From: Chrysomallon squamiferum | Lineage: Eukaryota > Animalia > Mollusca | Assembly (NCBI GenBank): GCA_012295275.1 | Contig: CM022673.1 | Location: forward strand, 124,001-188,000 | Direction: 5' to 3' | DNA: 64,000 nt | Shown: piece by piece, positions 1-12,600 of the stretch | How positions within the stretch are numbered: position 1 is the first letter of the stretch | How the letters are laid out: each line of letters opens with the position of its first letter | Notes under the pieces: generated by a model | The model's database searches: none | Seen by the model: only the letters and a program-made list of their open reading frames with translations | Told to the model about the DNA's origin: nothing | Program-made: the position numbers and the translations under genes

Positions 1-17
1 TGTTTTCTGTATTACAG

Positions 18-1078
18 GACATCAGAACAATGCCCACTGTCTTGCCAAAGCAATCAATGCTCTAGCTGGAGCTATGTTCACAAACCATGGACCAGGTGAT
101 GTTGAAGACAGACTCAAGGAATTTCTTGCTGTTAGTTTTACTTAATATATTTTTTTTTAATTAAAATTCTTAACAAAAACATTCTGAAAACTTACAGAGC
201 AAATAGCATGTTTTTAGTTTATATTTTACATTTTTGGGAAAAATTATTAAGATAATAAGATGGATGTAAATCAGAGTTTTGGCATGTCACAGTCATGAAT
301 GGTAATATTACCAGATCTGATGAAACCTCAGCACTAAATCTTAGGTTTAGTTTTTAATATTTATGAGCATGTATTCATTTGTTTGTTTTTTTCTCCATCA
401 TTTTTCTGTATTTTTAAAATTTATTTATTACGTACATTATTTCACTTAACCATAAAAATTTGCAAGCATCTGAGTTGTTTTATTAAGTAATATAATTTGT
501 TGACTATTTATTTGAGCTGAAATAAGTTACTAAAGTAGTTCATTTCAAATGTTGATTTATTTCTATAGTTGGCATCCTCTAGTCTCCTTCGTCTTGGTCA
601 GGAACATGACAAAGATGCGATCAAGAACAGAGAATCTGTTTACCTTCTGCTGGACCAGGTAAGATTACATTTAACTGATATAATTAATAATTAATATGTG
701 AATGAATCAAATGATGGGTGGTATTGATTAGTTTGTCAACATCTACTAATGAATTAGATACTATTAATAAATTATCATATTTATGACCTTGGTTTTTCAA
801 CAATATGTATAAGCGTAGGTATTTCTTTTGGACGGGGTCATTTCAGTATGAAGCTGGCAATACATGTGTGTTTCTGTATATGAAAATCATTCACATGATG
901 TAGACTGGGAATTTTTTCACACATTGATGCTGTAGTTCTCATTAATACTTGCTTTGTTTTACAGATAGTGCAGGAATCTCCTTTCCTCACCATGGATTTG
1001 CTCGAATCCTGCTTCCCTTATGCTCTTCTTAGAAATGCCTATCACACAACATACAAAGCTTCAGCCAATGAGTACTGA
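18..1078 (+). CDS. NCKAP1: Nck-associated protein 1 / Hem (WAVE complex subunit), last three coding exons; 5' part lies outside the window
   Basis: Exons 18-130, 569-658 and 965-1078 with GT-AG introns translate to [31 protein letters not shown]|[23 protein letters not shown]|[26 protein letters not shown], the highly conserved C-terminus of Nap1/Hem. Confidence 0.95.
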
Positions 1079-2744
1079 AGCATTTAACTGAACAGACATT
1101 TAGTGTTTAGACACTTAAAGCAGATAATCAATAACATAGGTCACAAAATAGTTCAGTTCATCAATGGAAAATTGGAAGATAAAAATAATTTTGCGCAGGA
1201 ATAATCTCTTTTATGAATGACATTGCATTATGTTAATTCATCATATACACATTTTTTTAATTATTATTTTAAGTAAATATTGATATAAACTAAGCATCTT
1301 CTAGGTGGTTTTTGTTTTATCAAAAACTGGAATCAAATCCAATTTTTTAAGGTCGATCTTAGCCAGTGAACAATTTCAAAAACTGAAGTCGATGATACTT
1401 ACTTCCAGTGTGATAGTTAAAATTAGGAAATTGTTATTAGAAGAGTGACTAGCCATTTATATAATGAGACTGTATTCACAGATATAGAAGATGTTATTTT
1501 CTGACTTTATTCTACAAAACCGACTGATAAAAGAGAAGATTCTTATTAGAGGTGTCAGTGTATAAATGAAAACCCTGGTGCAGAAAATCTAAAATCTCTT
1601 GATTCCAGTACATTTTACATCTGTAAATATTTTTTTACATATTGTTATATATCTTTTTATGAATCAAAATAAATGATGATTGTTGTAAATTCATGTGTGT
1701 TTAGTAAGTCTATATCATTTTTAAAAAGAATTAAACAGTTTATTTTAATTATTGTAATTGCGGATTCTGTGCAAGTTTCAAGTTGTAATATGTAAAAGCT
1801 AGTCATTAAGGTGTGATTTTAATCTGCTTCATTTTTTATTTTTCTGACTTCAATATTCTGTTTTTAATTGGGCATTTTAATTTTAATTTTAATTTATCAC
1901 CAAAAGTAAACTTTTGTTATTTTAGGAAACTGGGAGGTATAAATGTTTGAAATGATCATGTATATATCTTAAAATTATGAATATTTCTCAGTTATTTTTT
2001 CATTCTTCTTTTTCAGGGGTGGGTGGGTGTAGGGAATATTATGTTTAAAATTTAAGTAAAAAAGAAAAAAAGATGTTAATGTGAATCTCTGTTTTGCATA
2101 ATTCAAGAATCTCACCAGAATTATTTAAAATTCAAACAAAATGAAAAGTATAAAACACAAGACTTCAAGTTTTCAATTGAATATGAAAACAATGTATTAA
2201 TAAATGACTTGTATGCATCAAATCAGGTTATAATAGATTACAATGTTTCTTAATTGAATACATCAACAATAAAAATTATTTTGTAATTGTGTAAGGTTCT
2301 TACAATGATAATCGTAGTAAACATGATCATAGGAATATTTCAGATTAAAACCTTTGTAGATCAGTTTGAAAATGCATGCTGGCACACACCTATTAGGCAT
2401 GCATTTGCACTAATGAAATATTTATTATTATTATTATTCCTTATATTATTTTGTACATATTTATTAATCATAGTATTTACCTTGTATTGTGCACAAATAA
2501 TTGTAACAAATATTAATGAAATGTATGGGATGCAGAATAAATGCTTTTCTACCCAAGAACAGAAGTTATTTTTATTTGTGTTTAACATGAAATTTCAATA
2601 TGTCTTTTATGTTTAAATAAATAAATAAATAAATAAGTAATATTAATGGAGATTTAAATTTATTTCTCATTGTTAAAAATCATATTCTATATTTTCATAT
2701 ATATATATATATATATATATATTTTTTTAATTACATTATTTGCA

Positions 2745-3110
2745 ATGCTCTGCTGTCCAAAAGCGCTAAAAGAACTGAGCTTTTTGGATCTTGTTAGTTC
2801 CAGGTGTCTGTTTTTCCATACTTTTCTCAGAATTCTGTCCACTAACTGTGTTTATTTTTTAACCTTTGTTATCATGTATGTTCATGTTCCTACAGAGAAA
2901 TCTGGTTAGGGATTGTGAGTTCAAATGATTAACATCATTTCTTTTCATGAAATTGATAACTTTCTTCCTAAGTATAAGTTTCCTTGCAGTTTCATCACTA
3001 ACATGACAGTCTTATATTCCCAGATTGATATATGACTAACAATTCGTTATCTTGAATTGATTAATTTTTTTAACATGCTGATTTCATTTTTTTCATGTAG
3101 GCCAGGATGT
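2745..3110. mobile_element. Possible degenerate interspersed-repeat fragment between NCKAP1 and RSPH14
   Basis: More complex and less AT-rich than its flanks. Short words (GAGCTTTTTGGATC, GGGATT..GTTCAAATGA) resemble a recalled abundant molluscan non-autonomous repeat. No termini or target-site duplication identified. Confidence 0.25.
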
Positions 3111-3674
3111 TACATGCACACCTGCATATTATGTTTTAAAATAATCAGAAAAGCACATTGAATACCACTCTTACGGTATAGAAAAATTACTTCAATTTTA
3201 GATACAGTAAATAATTCTTTAGAAAATAATTCTTTAGATCTGAGATAACAAAAATGATTCAAAAATAACTTAGATTTAATATTGTTAGTTCCAGAATAAG
3301 ACAAACAGCTTCAATTTATGATACATTATATATTTAAAATATAAGTTCATGAAATACCAATATAATGCTTATATATAAATGAATATGAAAATGAGCTTAT
3401 AAACATTTTAAAATATAATTTTCATAAAGAGTTGGAACATATTTTTAGATTCTATTTTGTTTCTGAAGACCATAAAACCTCTTCTCATTTGTCTTTTCAT
3501 AAATCTTTCTATTTTTTTTTTTTTTTTAATGTCAAGGCTGATCCTTTCTAGAAAGAGATTTCTTTCCAAACAAGACAAACAAGATATTGGAAAATTTTCG
3601 TATTAAGGTTTGGCTGTATTCTTTTTGTAAGTATCTTCAACAATTCACAGAAATGAAAGGATTGATAGTGTTTT

Positions 3675-6600
3675 TCATGGTTTCCATGTGATCACTTTGA
3701 CTGCAATGGCTGCCGCCTTGCCAACAGCAGGAATTGGGTCATCTATCCTTTCTCTAATCTACAAGAGAATTACATAATTATTAGTACATAACGTTTTTAC
3801 TGAGATCTAAAATAGACTGACAATGTAGTTGTAATTACTTTCTTACTGACAAAATCTACACCAGTTTCATATAATGCAACAAGATCATTTGTTTCCATTT
3901 CAAAAGAGTTGTATGTGTATGAGTGTCTGTGTCTTTAGTTTGTTTTATTCTATTCTATATATATATATATAACTTTTTATTTATTTATTTTTTATTTCAC
4001 TATAAAATTATTATAAAAGAAAACATATCATTAATAATTTACCTTAGGGAGAAACTATCATTAAGAAAAACATTTTACCATTTTATTATATATAAGAAGA
4101 TTTTCTTCATTTCTGAAAAATTACTCACCATATCTACATGATCAAGTAGTATTTTCCGTCCCTCAGGTGCTTCTGATAAACAAGTTAAAGCCTGAAAACA
4201 GCCAAATATTTTTTTTTTTAAAAGTCTGATAAGTAAATTATTCAATCAGAACAATTTTTGAAAACCATCAGAAGGTTTTGATATGCTTACAAAAACATCA
4301 GTTTAAAATATGTTTACCCAGCACAAGACTCTTTCATGTTGGATATAAGTAGAAAAAAAATATATTTTTATTATAGAATTTTGTGTTGAAGTGTTCATGT
4401 GACAGGCAAGGCAAATAACAGCTGTTAATTTTAGTTTGTTTTTGATCATTTACTTTTATTTTCAAACAAATATTTGTTTTTGTTTCAATATTAAATTTTA
4501 AATTTATTTATTTATTAATTTTAATGACTTACTTAATATTTTAATGAAAAAGTAATATATTAAAATATTGTGTTTTTAACTTTTCATTTTGTTTGAATTT
4601 TTAAAAATTATAAATGATTGATTACCTTTAATGCATTCAGCCTGGCCTCACTAACAGAATTATTTACCAGGTTGACCAGATGAGGTATAGCATTTGCATT
4701 TAATGCTGTATACTTTCCTTTTGTCGTAATAGTTATTCTGTATAAAACAATGAAAATAAATAGATAGATAGATAAACAGACAGATAGATAGATCATAAAT
4801 CATAATAAGTATAATGAACCAAAACTATTTTTCTTTTCTTTTTCTTTTAAAGAAACAGTTTTTGTTGTTTTGAGTGGCTAATGATCCAGTTATGCAGTGC
4901 AGTTACTTCAAAGTAAATGTGTGCATTTGTTTTATTAAGTCTAAGTACAGTATATTTTAAATATATTAATATCCATTTTTGAGTTAACAGCTAATAGCTG
5001 ACAGTATCACAAAATATAGTTCTTAAAAGTATACCCAAAACTCATTAATACTATTCATTTTAAAAGAATATCAAACTATCTTCCACAAGAAAAGAAAAAG
5101 AATTCTATTCTTTTTTTTCATTTTTATTCATAATGGTATCTCAAGTCTGATAGAGCTACATTGGAATAAGAACTAAGGTAAAAATGATCAAGGATATAGT
5201 TAATGTAACTGAAGCTGGTGTTAGTTATGTCTAGGGAGAACAACAAGAATAGAAACTTAAATTAATCTGGGATAAAATCACACCAAATTTATTCAGAATT
5301 CCAGTTTTCAGCACAACCTAAAAATCAGTCCCTAATTATATTTAATTTTTTAATATAATTTACAATTTCTTCTATTTAATGGTGACTTTCCCCTCCTCAA
5401 ACCACAAATAAATCAGCACATTTGGCATATGGCCTACTGACATCTCAAATTTTTGGATTTTTTTTTTTCCTTTAATGAGCTTGTTTGTTTGTTGTTTACC
5501 ATTTCTGTCTGATTCTGTAATTACTATAAAAAAAAAGGTATTTTCTAACTTACGTCATAAGAGCTCCTGCTGCATTGGCATATACATCTGGAAAATGATC
5601 CTGGAGTAATCCTACTAGAACTGGGACCGTGTTCACTTCCACTGCTTTGTTCTTGCCATTAAGAGGTACACTGATATAAAAGAAAAATATCTATATATAA
5701 AATAATATATTTTTCATGCAAGCATGTTAAATAACTGGTTTACACTGCCATGTTCTTGCCATTAGGAGATACACTAATATTAGAGAAAAAATATATAAAA
5801 TATAATAATATACAAGCATACTATTTAGCTGGTTTCTTCTGCTTTATTATTGCAGTTAAGAGGTACACTGACAAAAGAAGAAAATATATACAAAATTGAA
5901 TAATGCATATTCATGCAAGTGAATTAAGTTATTGGTCCCTCTGTCTTCTCCTATAAGACTGAAAGATATTTCCACTAAAATCCCCATTTTAGAACTGTGT
6001 GCAATGTAGATTTCACTAATGTATTACAGAACAAATACATTGTGATTGAATTCATTATATATAATTCTTCTCTTTAATGTAGCAATTAAAAGTAACATCA
6101 AATAATTATAGACAAAATAAACACAAAGTATTAAATTATTTTAAAAGACTGAGTTTCTATTTCCAGCATAATTAAAATATCAGTACTGGTAAATATTTTG
6201 TTTTATTATTAAATGTTTACCTCAAATCCATGACATCCCTTGCTGCCTTTGCCCGAATTTCAGCTAATTCATGAGTAAGTAAAGCAGTGAACGCTTCCAT
6301 TGCTCCAGCATCAAGTGCTTGTATTGTATCTACCCTCATGCAGAAATGTAGCGTATCAAGAATAAGTTCTTTTATTTCATTAAGTTCTGTCTGTACTTTA
6401 CTCACCAGAACCTTCACAAGGCCTGCAATTACAACTCCTTCAGCACCTGTGTAAAATACATAAGCAAACTAAATCTGAACTAACAAAGCTAAAGAATGTA
6501 TGTTTTAATGATTTCTCAATAAGATTTATTTAATAGTTCACACGATTTATTATTTTCGATATTAAAGACTAAATGGATTGTTCTAAACTTAAATTTTAAA

Positions 6601-7480
6601 AATTAATGTTCTGACAAAAACAAGATGATACAGTTTTAATCAAATATTTTTTTAAAGGAGTTATGTTTCTTCCTTTAAAAAATATTTGATTAAAACTGTA
6701 TCATCTTGTTTTTGTCAGAAAATTAATTTTTAAAATTTAAATATGTGAAGAGATTATTTACCTGTCGGTGTTTCTGACACCATTTCAATGGCTTTATGTG
6801 CATTCTTTCTGACAATGTTCTCGTGATCATCAAAGAGTATTGACAATGGTGCAATGATACAGAATTCAAGAAATGCATCTCGGCCTATTGCATGACCTGT
6901 ATTGACAAATATATAAAAAAAAATAATAAAAAATTTAATTGAAATAAAAAGTTATAAAAATGTTATATTAATGTACCTAAAGAATGTGGCATTTTTATTC
7001 AATTACGGTTTAAATATGTTGATGCTAAACATTAAAATGAAACACTTTAAACTGCTTAAATATAAACCCAAAATATTAACATTAAACACCTTCTGATTCC
7101 TTTTAAAAACAAAAAGTGATGTTATAGCAAAAGACATAAATATTTGATTATTCAAAATTCTTCTGAAACTATTAAAACTAAAGAGAAGATTACTTCTTAT
7201 CATAATGCCCATGGGCAATTTCCATCCCAGTTAGATACATCAAAGTCCTTGACATTTGCAAACACATAATAAAAGAGCTTACTTGCTATGACATAAAGAC
7301 ACTCAGTTGACTTCTGTCTTACTGTAACATCAGGATCTGATAATAACTTGCTAAGGCTCACAGCAATACCTGAAGATGATTTTCAGTTCATAAAATTTTG
7401 AGATAAAATTTCATTGCATTTATAATTGTTGTTCTTGTTGCTTATACTGCTATTATTGCTATTATTATTGTTATTATTGC

Positions 7481-7536
<56 letters not shown>

Positions 7537-8458
7537 TTATTTATTTATTTATTTATTATTGTTGTTGGTGTTGTTGCTAACACATTTTTAGTAACTACTG
7601 TTTTTGTTACTGCAGCTGCTGTAGCAGCTACTGCTGTTATTATTGTTGTTGTTGTATAATTAATTTCTAACTATGAATATTTTAAAATCTGTATAAAGAT
7701 ATTATAAAAATAAAGAAAATAAGAAAATACCACATCTGAGAGCTTCAGCTATATGTTCTGGATCATGTAAATGGTCACATAATGACATCACTGCTCGCTG
7801 TCGTACAAGCAAAGTTTGATCATTAAGCTCTCGATTCTAAATAAATAAATAAAAAATAATAACTTTAATAAATAATTATGACAAAGCCTAAAATATATAA
7901 ATTATTCTAAAAAGCAATAATCAAATTAAGACAATAAATATAATGTGATTCCAAATCTTGTTCAGACAAAGTTATGTAAAACCTGACTTGAATTTTTTTT
8001 TTTATATATATATATATATATGTTCATATATTTCATTTAATTTCACTATAGCAAACAAATAACTTTTATCTACATTATTATTATAAAATATAATATAAAT
8101 AAATAAATCTATTTTCCTTATCAACAAAATATAATTTTATGAAATGTTTTTATTTTATTTTAGTTTTTGGTTTTGTTGTTGCTGTTGTATTTTTCATTAT
8201 TATTTCTTATAAAAACTGTATTTTTATAATTTTTTTAAATATTAGTGTATAAACATTTTTATTGTTCTTCTTCTTCACCAAAAAATGTTGGCAGTCAAAA
8301 TAATTATATTTTGATAGTGTTACACCTGTTTTGTTATTTTTCTAACAATTTATCTGACAACTTACCAGTCTTGGTAACGCACGATCGCCATAGGCAAGCG
8401 GTGCTTTTGTGACATCAATATGTGGTGGATATTTCGCTGATATAACAGTATGTGCCAT
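3675..8458 (-). CDS. RSPH14: Radial spoke head 14 homolog (RTDR1), armadillo-repeat axonemal protein, 9 coding exons
   Basis: Exons 8458-8366, 7836-7731, 7369-7283, 6896-6762, 6446-6221, 5670-5554, 4737-4626, 4191-4129 and 3758-3675 join in phase. Translation: MAHTVISAKYPPHIDVTKAPLAYGDRALPRLNRELNDQTLLVRQRAVMSLCDHLHDPE..ELILDTLHFC..ANAAGALM..TTKGKYTAL..ARLNALKAL..EAPEGRK..AAAIAVKVITWKP*, collinear with recalled RSPH14. Confidence 0.93.
5640..5940. repeat. Degenerate tandem triplication (~100-bp unit) that includes the RSPH14 exon 6 acceptor
   Basis: Three copies of (c)tgc..tt.ttgc..tta.gag.tacact.a..a.aagaaaa-ta..tgcaag starting near 5641, 5744 and 5838. Confidence 0.8.
6589..6740. repeat. 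Near-perfect inverted repeat (70/71-bp arms, 11-nt loop) in RSPH14 intron 4
   Basis: 6589-6659 is the reverse complement of 6671-6740 apart from one mismatch and a 1-nt indel in a T run; the loop is GTTATGTTTCT. Confidence 0.95.
7450..7545. repeat. (TTA)n microsatellite
   Basis: Directly visible; it produces the spurious poly-Leu ORF 7426-7659. Confidence 0.95.
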
Positions 8459-8529
8459 CCTGGATCAATTTTACAAAATCGCTTCGAGCGAAGAAATTGT
8501 GGCTTTCGATTTAATGAAAGCTTACTTCC

Positions 8530-8544
8530 GTTGCTACTGACAAC
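8530..8544. promoter_or_regulatory. RFX X-box-like element in the RSPH14 / PRR19-like divergent promoter
   Basis: GTTGCTACTGACAAC (reverse complement GTTGTC-AGT-AGCAAC) fits the imperfect palindromic X-box consensus. It lies 72 bp upstream of the RSPH14 ATG and overlaps an ETS-like ACTTCCG (8524-8530). RFX control of motile-cilia genes is established. Confidence 0.65.
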
Positions 8545-9407
8545 AGGTTTCCTATATAGCCGTCTCTTCGTAATGTTTGTAAAATAAATTAAAATAAATA
8601 AATATTTATTTATTGTTCGAATATTAATTACGTTAAATATTTACTACGTTAATTATTGAATTAATAGTTTCTGTGAATGAAATATTTATTTTTTATGGGC
8701 AACATTTAAAAAAAAAAGAAGATAGCTTTGCATGTAGGCAAAGTGCTGGTGAATAGTTATAGTAAGCGCGAAGTTTAATATATTCCATTCGATAAAAGCC
8801 TAACGGTGATAGTCTAGTAATGTGCATTTATTCAAGAACGTATTTCAGTTAAATTTAAAGTCAAATTACAGATTAGCTGCAGTGAATAATTGATTAATAG
8901 TTGGGGTTTTTGTAACATTTTAACACATTGCATGCGGCCATAGTCAAGGTAGACATAATTATAATCTTTTTAATTTTTATATTAAAAAAAAAAAAAAAAA
9001 AAAAAATTATTATATTGTTGTTGTTGAAGCATTTTTTTTTTTTTTTTAAATCTATGAGTTATTCAGCGAAGAAGAGTTAATTCATAGTTGTTTGTTTTTG
9101 TTGTTTTTTACAGCTGCTGCTAAGCAAAAGTACTTTTAAAAGTGCTGTTCAAATAAATTTTATTCTAGCTATAAAATTATATATTAATATTTAAAGACAA
9201 ACACATCAAGAAAGGAGGAATGCTACAATATTGTGAGTCATAATTCACAATGTATTCGTTTTCTTTTATGTGATGCTTATATTTCAGTTTAAGAATAATA
9301 AATACAAAAATACCTGTTTTATATTTTCTTTCTTTTTTTACCATATTTTAAAAATATTTTTAGTATTATTTATTTATTTATTTAATATTTTAATTTATTA
9401 TTATAAT

Positions 9408-9463
<56 letters not shown>
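9408..9463. repeat. (TAA)n/(TTA)n microsatellite
   Basis: Directly visible. Confidence 0.9.
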
Positions 9464-9692
9464 GGGATATTTAGGATTAAGAAAACATGACATCTTAGTT
9501 TTTATTTTCAGAGATATTTTAGCATATTTTATTTATTTTGGGTTTTATTATTTAGAATGTGATACACTTTTGTATTAAAACCTTTTATTGTTATAAGAAG
9601 AAAATGCATGTGTAGTTTATATACATTTCAGAATTAAGATTATGAGTTCATACAAAAACCTGATGTGACATCTAGCGATTTTGTTTGATGAT

Positions 9693-12600
9693 ATGGGAAG
9701 TCAAGAAGAGTTTCGAAGGAAGAAAAGAAGAAGAAAAACAAAAACTGAAAGAGATAAAGGAAGGACATCAGTAGCTAGCCAAGTATTCATTCTTATAACT
9801 ATATTAAAAAAAAATTAATCTAAGTAAACAAAACAAAAACAAAATAAGAAGTAGAAGAAAACTGAGTAATAATGTGTTTACTTTCATTCATGAAGTTTCA
9901 TTCATGTTGTCATTTTGTTTTTTTAATTTTTTTCAAATTTTATATTTAATGGTGGGAATAAACCGTCCATGTTTATTTCACATACTTTAACAAATTGTTT
10001 GAATTGTTTCTAATTATTAATATATGCTAATAATGAAATATAACATCTGCTCTTTAGTATGGCAACTTTTCACAAAACCCCTGGTAGACTGAAAAGTTGT
10101 TGAAAATCATTTTTAATTTCTCTATGTCAAATCACATCACAAAACAGAAAATGTCCTTCATCCTTGCAATCTAAAAAATTTCTCAGCCTTGCTAAGTGAC
10201 AGTACTTATTTACATAACACAATATGTTTAATAAGTCAATATGTAACTTTGTTTTGATTTGAATCTTACAGGTACACACAGAAATGAAACACGATGTTGG
10301 CAGACACTTAAAGACTGCACGTAATGTTTCTTATGTATGTGTGTTATTAACTTTCAGCTTGCATGAAAAAAAAAAAGTTTATTTAACTGTGTTATTTTCA
10401 TCAAAACCAGTCACCATCATCATAATTATTGTTATTGTTATTATTATAAGAATGATCAGAACTTAGAAAATAATTTCAGCCATTATTAATTTACTTCCAT
10501 TCATAATAATAGTTGTATATCAATAATGCCAAAAAAGTCAGACTAACCAATTCATGTAAAATAATATTCACTGTGCAACAATATAATATATTTAAATATT
10601 ACAGACATTTTAATAAAGGCTTGAAACATTTGAGGATATATTGGTTTTCAAAATATACTTTATTTTCAGCCACTGCGATCTTTTGGTTGTATTGCCAGTG
10701 ACTCAACAAGCAATATTTCACATAGCAGGTTGACAGTAAGTTAAATCTTTCTTTATGGCCCTTAACCATTTTAAGAGACTCCAGCTGATAAGATTGTACT
10801 GCTATATCCTTTTAAAACATAAATTGAAAGTTAACACATAATTATTCCAGTTAGTTAATTACTCTTCACCATTATTAATATTTAGTAGAGTCTCTATTTT
10901 GGATAATTCTGGTGTGTGCAAAATATTCAAAACAGCCCAACTTACATTTTTATGATGATAATTAAACTGATTTTTAAAAGGACATTTATCAAAAAAATAT
11001 AATTGTAGCTAACTTTTTTTATAATTTTCAGAGACGGCTTGGGATCTACAATCAATCAAAAACATCAAGAAAAGTTTCCAGAGGTGATGATAAAGAGGGT
11101 TTTTTGTGGGGAGGGTGTGGGAGTTTTGTTCTCTACAATTTGAATAATTCTAAGAAAATTGTAGTTCAGGAAGATTTGTTATGAAGACACATCTAAATAT
11201 AAAAGAATAAATAATATTAACTTCCGAGTAGAGCTAACTTCTGATTTATTTGTATCTTCATTTCAGTAATCACAGTTATTTTGTTTTATGTTGTTTCCTT
11301 TGATTTTATTAGAATGCTTTGAACTTTTATATAATCTTTCTTTCTATTTTAAACACATTTTCATTTTTCTTTGCTGTACACAGAACCTGTGGTTGTGCCA
11401 GAAACTGTCAGAAAGAAAACTGAAGAAGATCTGAAGAAGATTTTGGATTTAACTGAAAAAATGCCAGCTTTGTTAATGGAAGTAGATACTGACATGCCTA
11501 GGTCAGTTAACAGATTTTTCTTTTTGTAGCTAATGGCAAAATTTTGTATGTGTATGAATGTATCGGTGCTTATATACAGATGTTTTCTGTGTTCAATTTC
11601 TAATGTTACAATTTTTTTTAAGCCCCAGTGCAACTACAACAGAGAAAGCTGAAACAGATAACAAATCTTCTGCTACAGTGTTATATGGAGTTCATTCTTC
11701 TGGAATCAGTCTGCCATCTACTTCTCATGAAGTGACTCCATTTAGCTTAAACAACAACAACCCTAATGCCAGACACAGGTAATTGGAATTCACAACATTT
11801 CTAGTTACATAATATGATGAAAGAATTAAAATATATGAATACTGTTTATTGATCAAAATACATTTCAATTAGATCACAACAAAGAAGACATCTGAAGTTT
11901 ATTTCTAGAAATGACCCGTTACGAATTTTATACTTTTTTTCCTGTCTGTATTATTTATTATGTACAGATTATTTTGGTGTTTTTGACTGTAAATTGATTA
12001 GCTACCACCTTCATAATGTAAAAAGACATTTTAACAAAGCTATCTTTTTATTGGATGATATTTTCTTCTGCAACACACTGTATATGACTGTAGAAATGTA
12101 TTTATTAGCTAAAATGATTTCAGTATTGTATATACATACAAACTTGATGTTTTTCTTGTTAAGCTTTATTTTATATAGTTATTGTCATCATTAATAATTA
12201 CACGATATACAGGATATATTCAACAGTGATTCTTGTCTGAATTTCAGTGTTAAATCTACAGCCTCTGGCAGTTCTTTGGAAATCGATGACAATGTTGAAG
12301 AGGAGTTTCCATCAGTATTTAGTTTTACTATCTTCTTCAAAAGTGTTTAATATTAAATTTATGCCTTTTAAAACATTTTACTCTCTTTATTTACTCTTCA
12401 GTAGAATGATCGTATCAATTTTAAATTTAAATATTTCAAATATTTTGTCAAGAAAAAATTGGTAAATTTGCAAAATTATCAGTATTGACAAAACATTTTT
12501 TTCTTCTTTGCTTTGTGCCATTATTTTTCAGTTTTATGGGATATTGTTGATGTTGTTGTTTTAGGGGAAGGGGGATTGACTCCTAATGAATAAAAATACA

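Noticed and set aside
7426-7659. Poly-Leu or hydrophobic ORFs (also 2287-2616, 9270-9578, 42107-42391, 30068-30295 and similar)
   Set aside because: They are translations of microsatellites or AT-rich intron/UTR sequence.
10758-10812. U12-like branch point CCTTAAC + AG followed 28 nt later by a perfect AT-AC donor ATATCCTTT in PRR19-like intron 3
   Set aside because: The upstream donor is U2-type (GTAAGT) and only 40 nt away, no downstream U12 branch point or AC was found, and normal splicing 10735>11032 already restores the conserved motif.
11813-11896. C/D-box-like ATGATGA...CTGA pair (another at ~35630-35684)
   Set aside because: No terminal stem or recognisable rRNA guide; such pairs are expected by chance in AT-rich introns.
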